DNA of 58,900 nt from the NCBI GenBank assembly GCA_021372425.1, contig JAJFUL010000296.1, positions 1 to 58,900 of the forward strand. Reading direction: 5' to 3'. This DNA is from Spirochaetaceae bacterium. Its GTDB lineage: Bacteria > Spirochaetota > Spirochaetia > Treponematales > Rectinemataceae. A program made the translations under genes and the position numbers. The notes under the pieces are model-generated. The model saw only the letters and a list, made by a program, of their open reading frames with translations, had not been told where the DNA came from and searched no databases. Of this stretch, positions 1 through 9,802 are shown piece by piece. Positions within the stretch are counted from its first letter, which is position 1; the number at the start of each line of letters is the position of its first letter.

Positions 1-996
1 AAATTTGAAATACAGGAATTGCAGGATCCGGTCCCTTCCGATGATGAACTACTCATAAAGCTCAAGGCTTGCGGTATCTGTACGCTGGAGCAGCGCCTTT
101 ATACGGGTGCCATGAAGATGCCGCTCCCTCTCATTCCGGGACACGAAGCTGCCGGTGAAATTGTCACCGTTGGGCCAAAAGTCGTCGGTGACTTCCGTTT
201 GGGAGGGAAAGTCGCACTCGATCTGGTGCTGCGATGTGGAGAATGCTATTACTGTCGTATCGGAAAATCCAATCTGTGCGCCAACCGTTTCAAGAAAGGC
301 CAGCGCGCCCTGGGCGGTTTTGCAGAATATATCGTCGTGCGCCCATCGCAGGTGCATCCTCTGCCTGAAAGCCTTTCCTATCATGAGGCGGCTTTTGCCG
401 AACCTCTGGCCTGCTGCATCCACTCGTTAAAGCGTCTCAAGGTGGCAATGACCGAGGATTTGCTCATCGTTGGTGCCGGGGTCATGGGAATGCTACATCT
501 TCTTGTCGCTCAATGTATGGGCTTGAGGACGACCGTGAGCGATCCGGATCCAGCGCGCCGGGACACTGCCCGCGGCCTTGGCGCGGACTTTGTTATTGAC
601 CCGACGGTGACGGACGTTCCCGCCTTTGCCAGGGAGATCACTGGCGGTTTGGGCTATTCCAGCTGTGTAGTGACAAGCCCCGCGCCGGCAGCATTTTCAA
701 GCGCTATCGATTCACTGGCAAAGGCGGCCCGGCTCAATATCTATACTGCCTATGAAGAGAAGATGATGATTCCCGTGGATGCGAACGCCATCCATCGCAA
801 TGAACTCCTCATCACTGGCGCGGAAGGCCGGCTGGAAGAAGATTTTCTTCAGGCCGTCAGGATGCTTTCTTTCGGCAAGGTTGATGTAAAGCCTCTTATC
901 AGTGCGACGACTTCTTTTTCGACCATCGATGAAGGCTTTCGGACAGCGCTTTCAAAGCATGCCTTCCGGGTTCTCCTGGAGCATGAGGCCCTATGA
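1..996 (+). CDS. Zn-dependent medium-chain alcohol/polyol dehydrogenase, 5' end cut by the window edge
   Basis: The frame is open from nt 1 (KFEIQELQDP...), so the TTG at 19 is not the true start. Catalytic-Zn motif GHEAAGEIVTVG, structural-Zn cysteines CGECYYCRIGKSNLC, Rossmann GAGVMG. The stop at 994-996 overlaps the next ATG (ATGA). Confidence 0.85.
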   Translation, partial: KFEIQELQDPVPSDDELLIKLKACGICTLEQRLYTGAMKMPLPLIPGHEAAGEIVTVGPKVVGDFRLGGKVALDLVLRCGECYYCRIGKSNLCANRFKKGQRALGGFAEYIVVRPSQVHPLPESLSYHEAAFAEPLACCIHSLKRLKVAMTEDLLIVGAGVMGMLHLLVAQCMGLRTTVSDPDPARRDTARGLGADFVIDPTVTDVPAFAREITGGLGYSSCVVTSPAPAAFSSAIDSLAKAARLNIYTAYEEKMMIPVDANAIHRNELLITGAEGRLEEDFLQAVRMLSFGKVDVKPLISATTSFSTIDEGFRTALSKHAFRVLLEHEAL

Positions 997-2441
997 TACT
1001 AAGCATTGACGTTGGCACCAGCTCAATAAAGGCTGCTCTATTCGACCGGGATGCTCATTGCAAAGCCATAGATTCGAGGCCCGTGGAAGCACTGGTATCT
1101 AGAGACCCTATTGAACATGAGCTAAGGGCTGAATCCTGGACTGAAGGACTGCGTTCTCTCGTTCCGGCCCTCGTGGCGGCCGGAGGAGGCGAGGCTATCG
1201 AGTGCGTTGTCATTTCAGGCAACGGACCGACACTCCTGCCGGTAAACGCCGCTGGCATTCCGCTGGCACCTGCCATAACCTGGATGGATCGGCGGGCAAT
1301 CGAGGAAGCGGACATGGCCGGAAAGATCGCAGGCCGTTTTCTTGATCCCACCTATAATCTGCCTAAAGCGCTCTGGTTCAAGCGACATCGTCCCGAAATC
1401 TACGAACGCACGGCACATTTTTCGTCTTGTCCCGAATATCTCTGCGCCTGCCTTACCGGAGAATGGTACAGCTTCCTGCCCGCCGAAGGTTTCCAATCCA
1501 TAATTTGGGATTCTGCTTCGATCATGGCCCTAGGGCTTGATGAAAGCAAGTTCCCGCCTTTCATTCGCCTGGGCAGGGTAGTCGGCGCCGTAACGCAGGG
1601 TGCAGCCAGGGTTTTTAACCTGCCCAAAGGCATTCCGGTCATCTCGGGAGGGCCCGACTTTGTCGTTTCACTCATAGGTACGGCCACAACCAAGCCTGGA
1701 CGCGCCTGTGACAGAGCGGGCACATCCGAAGGAATCAATCTCTGCCACGCGGGCAATTTCCCCGATGACTCACGGCTTCTCGTCATGCCCCATGTAATCG
1801 AGCCTAATCTCAACATTTCCGGCGCTATTTCTACGTCTGGCAAGGCGGTGTCCTGGTTCAGGGAGGCTTCTGGCGAAAAGGATGAAGATTACGAAGGCTT
1901 TTTCGAGGAACTCTGTCAGGTCGATCCAGGGGCCGATCATCTTATTTTCCTTCCGTACCTGTCAGGAGAACGTGCTCCTCTTTGGGATGCCAACGCGCGC
2001 GGAGCTTTTGTCGGGCTCACTCTCAACCATGGCCATGCTCAGATGGCGCGCGCTGTTGTGGAATCAACCGGTTTTGCAATGCGTGATGTCATGGCGACCA
2101 TGAAATCTTTGGGCGCCGAGGTTACCGAATTGCGCGTGACAGGCAACCCGGGCAGAAACCCTGTATGGAACCAGATAAAAGCTGATATTACAGGTTGTCC
2201 GCTCCTTGTTCCGCGCTTTCCGAATGCTGAGCTTCTCGGAGACCTGTGCCTTGCGTTGACGGCCCTCGGCGATTATTCCGATGTCGCCTCCGCGGCTGAG
2301 AATCTCGTCGTCATGGAGTGCATCCACGAGCCAGACCTTTCCCTGCGGAACCTATACGATGAGATGTTTGGGCTTTATCGCGAAAGCTATCAGGCTCTTA
2401 AGCCTGTATTTCAGGGACTCTCGGAGATGAAGGAGAAATAG
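993..2441 (+). CDS. FGGY-family carbohydrate kinase (xylulokinase/LsrK-like)
   Basis: 482 aa. N-terminal ILSIDVGTSSIKAALF phosphate-1 motif and C-terminal FGGY-type segments (FLPYLSGERAP, GNPGRNPVWNQIKADI). ATGA overlap with the upstream gene. Confidence 0.85.
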   Translation: MILSIDVGTSSIKAALFDRDAHCKAIDSRPVEALVSRDPIEHELRAESWTEGLRSLVPALVAAGGGEAIECVVISGNGPTLLPVNAAGIPLAPAITWMDRRAIEEADMAGKIAGRFLDPTYNLPKALWFKRHRPEIYERTAHFSSCPEYLCACLTGEWYSFLPAEGFQSIIWDSASIMALGLDESKFPPFIRLGRVVGAVTQGAARVFNLPKGIPVISGGPDFVVSLIGTATTKPGRACDRAGTSEGINLCHAGNFPDDSRLLVMPHVIEPNLNISGAISTSGKAVSWFREASGEKDEDYEGFFEELCQVDPGADHLIFLPYLSGERAPLWDANARGAFVGLTLNHGHAQMARAVVESTGFAMRDVMATMKSLGAEVTELRVTGNPGRNPVWNQIKADITGCPLLVPRFPNAELLGDLCLALTALGDYSDVASAAENLVVMECIHEPDLSLRNLYDEMFGLYRESYQALKPVFQGLSEMKEK

Positions 2442-2443
2442 CT

Positions 2444-3235
2444 ATGTATGGCAAGAATATCCGTATGAACAGAATTTTCAGGAAGTCCGACGGGCGTACC
2501 GTTGTCGTGGCGATTGATCACGGCGGAATTGCAGGCCCAGTGGCGGGTATCGTGCATCCTGCCGAAGTTGTGCGGGATTGCGTTTCGGCCGGCGCCGATG
2601 CAATTCTTGCCACGCGGGGGCTCATCCGCGCTTCTATCGGGGAATGGGACAGGACTGTAGCGATAATTCTCAGGATTACCGGAGGCTTTACGGTTCTGGG
2701 CGGGGGGTTCGAGGAAGAACTCATATGTGAGCCGCAGACTTCGGCAGCCTACGGCTCCGACGCTGTTGCCATGACTGTCAAGTTTGGCCACAAGCGCGAA
2801 GGCGCTTTCATCAGGCAAGCCTCGCTTGCCATTGGAGAATGCGAAGCCCTTGGAATGCCAGTCATGCTTGAAGCTATGGCCAAGATGGAAGGCAAAAAGG
2901 CAAATGATCCCGAGAACATAAGGCTTGCTGCACGCGCAGCCCAGGAAATTGGAGCGGATATCGTCAAGACTTATTACACGGGCGATCCGGATTCCTTTCA
3001 TAAAGTGGTGGAAGGTTGTCCCGTTCCCATCGTCATCCTTGGCGGAGAGAAAAACGATAGCCTAAAGAGCTTGTTCGAGGACGTCTACTGGTCTATCCAG
3101 GCCGGCGGTGCAGGTATAGCCATTGGCCGCAATATTTGGGCGCAGGGGCGCACTGTGGCCATGGTCGAAGCCATGAATGGTCTTGTGCATGGTGGATGGA
3201 CTGTGGAACAAGCGATGAAGCATACAGGAGTCTGA
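2444..3235 (+). CDS. Class I aldolase of the DhnA/FbaB/LsrF family
   Basis: AIDHG near the N-terminus. ADIVKTYY (Schiff-base Lys context, as in LsrF IIKTYY), GCPVPIVILGG, GIAIGRNIW. AAGGAG lies 8 nt upstream of the ATG. Confidence 0.85.
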   Translation: MYGKNIRMNRIFRKSDGRTVVVAIDHGGIAGPVAGIVHPAEVVRDCVSAGADAILATRGLIRASIGEWDRTVAIILRITGGFTVLGGGFEEELICEPQTSAAYGSDAVAMTVKFGHKREGAFIRQASLAIGECEALGMPVMLEAMAKMEGKKANDPENIRLAARAAQEIGADIVKTYYTGDPDSFHKVVEGCPVPIVILGGEKNDSLKSLFEDVYWSIQAGGAGIAIGRNIWAQGRTVAMVEAMNGLVHGGWTVEQAMKHTGV

Positions 3236-3328
3236 ACATGGCTTAGGGCTTGACCATATTTCTGAGCATGATTACCCTGAGCAAGGCGGTGGAACCTTAA
3301 TAAGCATTTCCGCCAGGAGAGTAACCAT

Positions 3329-3910
3329 ATGTCCGAGGCACGCGTTGTCGTCAATCTTTCGAATAGACATATCCATGTGACAAAAGAAGACCTGGCGGTC
3401 CTTTTCGGAAAAGACCACCCTCTTACCAAAACCAAGGACCTGATCCAGCCGGGGCAATTCGCTACGGCCGAAACCGTCACCATCAGGGGACCGAAAGGCT
3501 CCATCGATGGTGTCCGCATCCTGGGGCCGGAGCGGAAAGAGACCCAGTGCGAGATTCTGGCCAGCGACGTTTTCAAGCTCGGCGTGCCAGGGTGCCCAGT
3601 CCGCGAGTCCGGCGATCTCGCAGGCACTTTCCCCTTCGAGGTGATAGGGCCTGCCGGCTCGATCAAAAAAGACCGCGGCCTCATCATTGCGAAGCGCCAC
3701 ATCCACTTTCATCCGGATGAAGCGGTGCGCTTCGGCGTCGTGGACAAGCAGATTGTCAGCCTCAAGGTCGGCACGGAAAGGGCCGCGATATTCCTCAATG
3801 TAGTCTGCCGCGTCGCCAACAATTACGCGCTGGAATGCCACATCGATTTCGATGAAGGAAACGCCGTGGGGATCGCCTCTGGCGTCATGGGCGAAATAGT
3901 GGAGCTTTGA
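3329..3910 (+). CDS. pduL: Phosphate propanoyl/acyl-transferase PduL
   Basis: Two PduL repeats, [16 protein letters not shown] and [11 protein letters not shown]. The domain starts at residue ~5, so I see no N-terminal encapsulation peptide. AGGAGAG precedes the ATG. Confidence 0.85.
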   Translation: MSEARVVVNLSNRHIHVTKEDLAVLFGKDHPLTKTKDLIQPGQFATAETVTIRGPKGSIDGVRILGPERKETQCEILASDVFKLGVPGCPVRESGDLAGTFPFEVIGPAGSIKKDRGLIIAKRHIHFHPDEAVRFGVVDKQIVSLKVGTERAAIFLNVVCRVANNYALECHIDFDEGNAVGIASGVMGEIVEL

Positions 3911-4971
3911 TGAACAAGGTCATCTTGAAGGCGCAGGACCTGGATGGTTACCTGACTGAAGAGGACACTGGCAATATTGCACGGATGGATGGGCTTTATC
4001 GCCAGGCGATGGTCTCCTTCAACATCCTCAATACGGGCAAGTCGAAGCAGGAAACCAGGAAGGAAGAGACAAGGCTGATAGACCTGTACAATACGATGGG
4101 AAACCTCATGCAGGAAATCTGCAGGAAGGAGCCCCGTATCCAGGTCTATTCCTTCGTGAGCCCCCAGGAGAACCACGGCGAGGCCTCCCGTCTCATCGCG
4201 AAACTTCGCGACATCAAAACGGGGCGAAACGAATTTGTCTACTACATTCAGCGCGCCTTCGAAATGCTGTTCAATCTCGCGTACGGTGCACGCACTTCAC
4301 AGAAGAACTACCTCATCGTCAAGACTCCCGTCACCATTCCTGTGCAGAATTATGCCGTCCACAAGATCCCCAACCTCGACGAACAGCTCAGCAATTCCGT
4401 GATGTGCGTCATGCTCCGGGGCGCACTCCTGCCTTCGATGATCATTTCGAAGGAAATCCAGGAGTATTCCTCCTCAGGCTATCTCACGCCCTTTGCGCTT
4501 TTCAAGATCAAGCGGGATGACACGAAGAGCGAAGATACGATGGAATATATCCTCGATCTCGATCGTTCCTATTTCAATATCGAGGAGCTGAATGGCAAGG
4601 ATCTTCTCTTTGCTGACCCGATGAACGCGACAGGCGGCTCGCTTGTCACAATCGTGAAATTCCTCCAGAGCAAGGGCATAAAGCCCAGGTCCATAAAATT
4701 CTTCAACGTGATTTCCGCGCTGAAGGGCAGCCTCCGCGTTGTGCGGGCCATCGAGAATGTCACGATATACACGCTCTGGATGGACCCTGCGCTCAACGAG
4801 AGCGCTTATATCATGCCGGGCCTGGGTGATGCAGGCGATCGCATCAACGGCGTGGACGAGGACGAACATCCGCGCGACATGCTGAGGCTCGTGGCCGATT
4901 ACGGCACAAACATAACGGGGCTCTACCGCTCGCAGATCAGGATCATCGAGGAGACGGTCCTGCACCGATAA
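3910..4971 (+). CDS. Uracil phosphoribosyltransferase-like protein with an N-terminal extension of ~95 aa
   Basis: PRPP loop [13 protein letters not shown] and UPRT signature [15 protein letters not shown] at 3910 overlaps the pduL stop (TGATG). Confidence 0.7.
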   Translation: MNKVILKAQDLDGYLTEEDTGNIARMDGLYRQAMVSFNILNTGKSKQETRKEETRLIDLYNTMGNLMQEICRKEPRIQVYSFVSPQENHGEASRLIAKLRDIKTGRNEFVYYIQRAFEMLFNLAYGARTSQKNYLIVKTPVTIPVQNYAVHKIPNLDEQLSNSVMCVMLRGALLPSMIISKEIQEYSSSGYLTPFALFKIKRDDTKSEDTMEYILDLDRSYFNIEELNGKDLLFADPMNATGGSLVTIVKFLQSKGIKPRSIKFFNVISALKGSLRVVRAIENVTIYTLWMDPALNESAYIMPGLGDAGDRINGVDEDEHPRDMLRLVADYGTNITGLYRSQIRIIEETVLHR

Positions 4972-4976
4972 ACCCG

Positions 4977-5783
4977 ATGCGACATCTCATATTCTGTAAT
5001 GGCGACATCATTCTGCCCGCTTCATCTGCTGACAACGCTTCGCTGACGTGGGATGTCTTTCCTTTTGAAGCCCACGGGCATACGTACCACCAGACCTGTT
5101 TCCAGTTCGAAGACGAAAAATTCTGTGTATCGGCGCTCGATGAAAGCCAGCTCGACCTCGCTGGCGGCGCATCACGGGTGAAAGTGCGACAGCTGCTGGG
5201 CAGCCTCGATGCAGGGCAGGGAGCCTTGGTTCTGACAGCGCTCGCGTACGCCAATTGGTCTCTCGTTTCGAACTATTGTGCAAGCTGCGGGGCAGCGCTC
5301 GAGGATGGCTCTGCAGATTATACCAACGCCAGAGTCTGCAATCGCTGTGGACGCGTTTTCTTTCCCAGGATTTCTCCGGCGATTATCGTTCTCATCCATA
5401 GAGACGACAGTATCCTTCTTGCGCACAACGTTTCGTTCCCCGAAGGACGCTATGGCCTTGTCGCCGGTTTCGTCGAAGCGGGCGAGACCTTCGAGCAGAC
5501 GGTCCGGCGCGAGGTGATGGAAGAGGCCGGCATCGAGATTGGCGAACCGCGCTATGTACGTTCGCAACCCTGGCCTTTTCCTGACTCGCTGATGGTTGCC
5601 TTCGAGGCTGACTGGAAATCGGGCGAAGCTCGTCCGGACGGGAAGGAAATCGGCGCACTGGGATGGTTCCGTCTGGACGCGTTGCCCGATATTCCCCCTC
5701 CTGGCAGCGTTGCGCGCTATCTCATCGACAAAGCCGTCGAACAGGCGCGGACACACTTCCCTTGCCAGGAACAAATCCAATAG
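4977..5783 (+). CDS. nudC: NADH pyrophosphatase (Nudix hydrolase NudC type)
   Basis: Zinc ribbon CASCG...CNRCG, Nudix box GFVEAGETFEQTVRREVMEEAGI, NADH-type motif SQPWPFPDS. Confidence 0.8.
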   Translation: MRHLIFCNGDIILPASSADNASLTWDVFPFEAHGHTYHQTCFQFEDEKFCVSALDESQLDLAGGASRVKVRQLLGSLDAGQGALVLTALAYANWSLVSNYCASCGAALEDGSADYTNARVCNRCGRVFFPRISPAIIVLIHRDDSILLAHNVSFPEGRYGLVAGFVEAGETFEQTVRREVMEEAGIEIGEPRYVRSQPWPFPDSLMVAFEADWKSGEARPDGKEIGALGWFRLDALPDIPPPGSVARYLIDKAVEQARTHFPCQEQIQ

Positions 5784-5856
5784 GACGGGACCTTTCTTGC
5801 CCCTACTTGCGTGATGGGATTTTTGCCTTTAGGATGTGAGGTCGAGAGGTGAAACA

Positions 5857-7263
5857 ATGGAGTTTTCCTGGGGATTCATAATTGATCTGGGCCTGATTTC
5901 GGCGGCATTGCTGCTGGCTACCTTTATCCGGTCGAAAGTCCACTTCTTCCAGAAATACCTGATTCCCAATGCCCTGACGGCGGGTTTCATCCTTCTTCCT
6001 GTCTACAATTACCTCCTGCCTGCCCTGGGCGTCACAACAAATTCCCTGGGAGACATGGTCTACCATCTCCTCAACGTCTCTTTCATTTCCATGTCGCTCC
6101 GGTCTTCACCCCCCAAGGAAAAAGGACACAAGCGCGGCGGAGTCATGGGCATGTCCACGGGAATCCTCATGGGCTATGCTACGCAAGCCTTGCTTGGACT
6201 TCTCATGTGCTTTCTGTTCTTCCCGAAGCTGCATCCGGCTTTTGGCCTCCATCTCCCGCTTGGCTTTGCCCTGGGGCCCGGACAGGCATATGCGATAGGC
6301 AAAGGCTGGGAAAGCATGGGCTTTGAGGGCGGCGCTTCGGTCGGGCTCACCTTCGCGGCACTCGGTTACCTTTGGGCCTGCTTTGGCGGCGTGTTCCTCA
6401 TAAACAGGGGGAGAAAGAAGGGCTGGGTGAGCGAGGAAGCCATGAAGATGATGAACGACAAGGATATGCTGCGCGGCACCATCTCCAAAGACAAGGAAAA
6501 GCCAACCGCAGGGCACCTCACGACCGACACGGAAGCCATCGATTCATTCAGCTTTCATCTGGCGCTGGTCTTCGCCGTTTATCTTGTATCTTTCCTCCTA
6601 CTCAAGGGAATCACGTTCCTGCTCGGATTTGTCGGCACTATGGGCCAGGAGTTGGCTACCAACCTCTGGGGCATCAACTTCATTTTCTCGTCGGTGCTTG
6701 CCACGGCGACCAGGAAGCTGATCGACAAGTATCGCATCGGCCACATGGTCGACGATGCCACATTGACGAGGATTTCCGGCTTCTCGGTGGACTACATGGT
6801 TGCCGGCGCACTGGGCGCGATTTCGCTCGTGTTTGTCGGTCAGTACTGGCTGCCGATCATCATCATCTCGGTCGTGGGCGGGATCATGATCACCATCACG
6901 GTTCCATGGATGAGTTCGCGCATGTTCAACGATTGCCAGTTTGAACGGATGCTGATGCTGTATGGCGTTTCTACGGGCACGCTTTCGACTGGACTGGCCT
7001 TGCTGAGAGTCATGGATCCCGAATTCAAGTCGAGGGTATCATCCGATTACATGCTGTCGGCAGGCCTCACCTTCGTAATTGCCATACCTTTCATACTTTC
7101 CATCAACCTGCCGGCAAAGGCATTCGTTACAGGGGATATGTCATATTTCTGGATGATGATTGCTGTGTGCGCGGCATATCTCGTCTATGTGGTGGTCGCC
7201 TATTGTGTCCTTGCCAAAAAGAAAAGCTTCGCTAAGCCGGGACAGCTCTGGTACAAGGACTGA
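5857..7263 (+). CDS. gltS: Sodium/glutamate symporter GltS family
   Basis: Polytopic membrane protein. Its N-terminus LLLATFIRSKVHFFQKYLIPNALTAGFIL matches E. coli GltS LLLGRKLVHSVSFLKKYTIPEPVAGGLL. Start taken at ATG 5857 (MEFSW); the track start is 5836. Confidence 0.7.
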   Translation: MEFSWGFIIDLGLISAALLLATFIRSKVHFFQKYLIPNALTAGFILLPVYNYLLPALGVTTNSLGDMVYHLLNVSFISMSLRSSPPKEKGHKRGGVMGMSTGILMGYATQALLGLLMCFLFFPKLHPAFGLHLPLGFALGPGQAYAIGKGWESMGFEGGASVGLTFAALGYLWACFGGVFLINRGRKKGWVSEEAMKMMNDKDMLRGTISKDKEKPTAGHLTTDTEAIDSFSFHLALVFAVYLVSFLLLKGITFLLGFVGTMGQELATNLWGINFIFSSVLATATRKLIDKYRIGHMVDDATLTRISGFSVDYMVAGALGAISLVFVGQYWLPIIIISVVGGIMITITVPWMSSRMFNDCQFERMLMLYGVSTGTLSTGLALLRVMDPEFKSRVSSDYMLSAGLTFVIAIPFILSINLPAKAFVTGDMSYFWMMIAVCAAYLVYVVVAYCVLAKKKSFAKPGQLWYKD

Positions 7264-7321
7264 GCGCTGTCGGGAGCCTGAGTGGTCGGGGTCCGGGGCT
7301 TTGGCCTGCAGCGGGGGCTTT

Positions 7322-8677
7322 TTATGTCTTGGGGGCATGCGCCTTGAGCAATAGGTCAACCGCGGTCGCGTATTTTTTGCCAGAGGCATCCCTGTTGGCG
7401 AATTTGATCCTGTAGACGGTATTGCCTTCATAGAACTCGAAATGGTTCCATTTCAGCACGCCTGGTGCATCAATATCCTCGATCGGAAACTGGATATTCC
7501 CGGCGCGGCGGGGCTTCTCGTCCCGGCGCGGCTTGAAGATGAGCCCTTCGTAGGTGAGCATGATGCTTCCCCGCCCCAGCTTCTTCATCGTATCCATGCG
7601 CTTGCCCTTCAGTAGCTGGACATTGTCGTCCCCAAAAATCGCCTTGCCCGGGTCCTGACAGTAGACGGTATCCAGTAGCTTTGCCAGATGGGCTTCCTGC
7701 CATAAATCCCATTCCTTGATCGAGGGGAAGAAATTGCCTGTACCGCAGGGTTCCTTGCCCGGCTCTTCATAAAGCGGATGCGGCATTATCCCCCTGTCCG
7801 CAATGGCGAAGCTGCCATCGGCCTTGTATTCCGCGATAAAGCCGCACTCCCTGCACTTGATGAGTCTTTTTTCGCTGTGGAGGCTTTGCAGCGATCCGCA
7901 GGAAGGGCAGGCGTACAGCACAAGTTCGAGATATTCCGCCAGGCGCCGATGCTCGTAGACATAGCCTTTTTGCATCACCCAGGCTGGGTCTTCGTGGTAC
8001 AGCGCTTCATTCAGCCTTGCGTCTATCTCATCGACTTTCATGGTCTTGAGTGTCTCAGGTGCGAAGAGCTCGGTGAAGCCCATTTCGACCTTGCCTCTGC
8101 GCCTGGTATGGGCCCAGCGTGGCTTGGTCATGTAAGCACCCTTGGTCAGAATGCAGACGACCGGAACCTTGAGGGTTTTCAGTAGCTTGGCCGTGGAACC
8201 GAAGGACTTTACGGAAGAGCCATTCCAGGATGAGTAGCCTTCGGGATAGATTCCCACCACGCCTTTCTTCTTCTTGATTATCTCGAATATCCAGCTAACG
8301 GTTTCTATGTCGGGAATGGCCTTCGACTTGGGGATGCAGCCGGCAAGCTTTATCATGATGAATCGCATAACCTTGTTCCTCATATTGCCGTCGCTTGCAA
8401 TCCAGTTCACGTTATGCGGGATGTAGGTGTTCGCAATGAAGGGATCGAGGATCGTGGAATGATTGCCAACCAGGATGAAAGGAGGCTTTATCCGCTTGAA
8501 AAGCTCCAGGCCTTGCGCGCTTGTATTGTACGCCTTCTGCAGCCACCTGCCATAAGTCTGCCTGATTAACCAGATCAGAGCGGGCTGGATCGTAGGCGTA
8601 TATCGACGGGCGTGTATCATGGCGACCTCATTGCACACAGTATGGAAGAAGTTGTCAAAATCATCAACCCAGGGCAA
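7322..8677 (-). CDS. PlsC-family acyltransferase with a C-terminal zinc-ribbon domain
   Basis: HX4D motif in VGNHSTILDP and the EGYSS (EG) motif. CPSCG...CRECG ribbon in the C-terminal half. Alternative start at 8620 (MIHARRY). Confidence 0.7.
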   Translation of the reverse strand: MPWVDDFDNFFHTVCNEVAMIHARRYTPTIQPALIWLIRQTYGRWLQKAYNTSAQGLELFKRIKPPFILVGNHSTILDPFIANTYIPHNVNWIASDGNMRNKVMRFIMIKLAGCIPKSKAIPDIETVSWIFEIIKKKKGVVGIYPEGYSSWNGSSVKSFGSTAKLLKTLKVPVVCILTKGAYMTKPRWAHTRRRGKVEMGFTELFAPETLKTMKVDEIDARLNEALYHEDPAWVMQKGYVYEHRRLAEYLELVLYACPSCGSLQSLHSEKRLIKCRECGFIAEYKADGSFAIADRGIMPHPLYEEPGKEPCGTGNFFPSIKEWDLWQEAHLAKLLDTVYCQDPGKAIFGDDNVQLLKGKRMDTMKKLGRGSIMLTYEGLIFKPRRDEKPRRAGNIQFPIEDIDAPGVLKWNHFEFYEGNTVYRIKFANRDASGKKYATAVDLLLKAHAPKT

Positions 8678-8814
8678 AGGGGACTCCTCATCGTCTCCAA
8701 AGCGGCCATGATTCTGTCCGGGTTACCGCGCTCTGTCCGGTTTGACCCTGACTTGAGCTTTCAGTATTCTTCCATCATCGAATTCAACCTTGAAACGGGA
8801 AAGCCGGGGCCGAT

Positions 8815-9390
8815 ATGGATTTTGGGAAGGTACTTGATGATTGGGACGATTACCAGAAGCGCGAGCAGCAGGAACAAAAGCGTGGCAGCAAGCCGAAGAA
8901 GCCGCAGACTGCAGCCTCCGGGCAAGCGGCAGGGCCTCCGCCCCAGGCCAAAATCCAGTCTCGGACGGAGCCCAGGAAGCCCAGCGCTGACGACTACCTC
9001 AGCCACTGGCTCGCCCTCCACGGGACTGAAGACAAGGATGAAAGCGATGCCTCACCGTATGACGACAGACAAGCGAGGATAAGGAACTCCGAGCGGCTGC
9101 ACCGGATGGCTCCCCAGGCAGTCCTGGACCTTCATGGAAAGACTGCCACTGAAGCCGAAGCAGACCTGGACAGGTTCCTGACGACAGCTTCCCGGCAAGG
9201 TCTGGAAAAAGTCCTCGTGATCCATGGCAAGGGAAATCATTCGGCCAATGAGGGGATCATGGCGGACCTGGTAAAGAAGACGCTGGAAAACAGCGCTCTT
9301 GCTGCTGGATTTGGCTTCGAAGACCGCCAGCACGGCGGTCGTGGAGCTACATGGGTGATTCTGCGGAAGAAAGACTATTTTTCGCGGTAG
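8815..9390 (+). CDS. Smr-domain protein
   Basis: C-terminal Smr core [15 protein letters not shown]...[12 protein letters not shown]-terminal half is low-complexity K/Q/P-rich. Confidence 0.75.
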   Translation: MDFGKVLDDWDDYQKREQQEQKRGSKPKKPQTAASGQAAGPPPQAKIQSRTEPRKPSADDYLSHWLALHGTEDKDESDASPYDDRQARIRNSERLHRMAPQAVLDLHGKTATEAEADLDRFLTTASRQGLEKVLVIHGKGNHSANEGIMADLVKKTLENSALAAGFGFEDRQHGGRGATWVILRKKDYFSR

Positions 9391-9593
9391 ATGATCCTGC
9401 CGCGGGAGAGGTCGTAGGGTGAAAGGCCAACTCGGACTTTGTCGCCTGGGACGATGCGGATATAATGTTTTCTCATTTTTCCTGACAGATGGGCGAGAAT
9501 GATGTGCCCATTCTGCAATTCGACTCTGAACATAGTGTTGGGAAGCGCTTCGCGCACGATTCCTTCGACTTCAATGGCTTCTTCTTTAGCCAC
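9375..9593 (-). CDS. infA: Translation initiation factor IF-1
   Basis: (V)[69 protein letters not shown] is near-canonical IF-1. GTG start at 9593 with GAAGGAG 5 nt upstream. The longer track ORF to 9653 is an upstream extension. Confidence 0.95.
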   Translation of the reverse strand: MAKEEAIEVEGIVREALPNTMFRVELQNGHIILAHLSGKMRKHYIRIVPGDKVRVGLSPYDLSRGRIIYREK

Positions 9594-9661
9594 GGCAACT
9601 CCTTCTGTTACATGTGTTATGGGATTATTGCAAGAGCACTTGCGCCCAGACACCAGATGAA

Positions 9662-9690
9662 ATAGTATGAAACGCCGGGATAATTGTCAA
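9662..9690 (-). promoter_or_regulatory. Candidate sigma70-type promoter for infA
   Basis: On the minus strand: TTGACA (9690-9685), 17 nt spacer, TACTAT (9667-9662), about 70 nt upstream of the GTG start. Confidence 0.4.
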
Positions 9691-9802
9691 CACGCAAGCC
9701 CTGCCTGAGGAGGACAAGACTTGACATTTTGGCATTTATGATGCAATGTGCGCATCCAATAAAATGAACCGGCGTTGAGAGATGCCGCTTCGGGGGAGAC
9801 GA

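Noticed and set aside
7264-7321. G-rich spacer between convergent gltS and the acyltransferase, as a terminator
   Set aside because: Runs of G have no complementary C-runs on the same strand. The only pairings are 3-4 bp, so a hairpin terminator cannot be supported.
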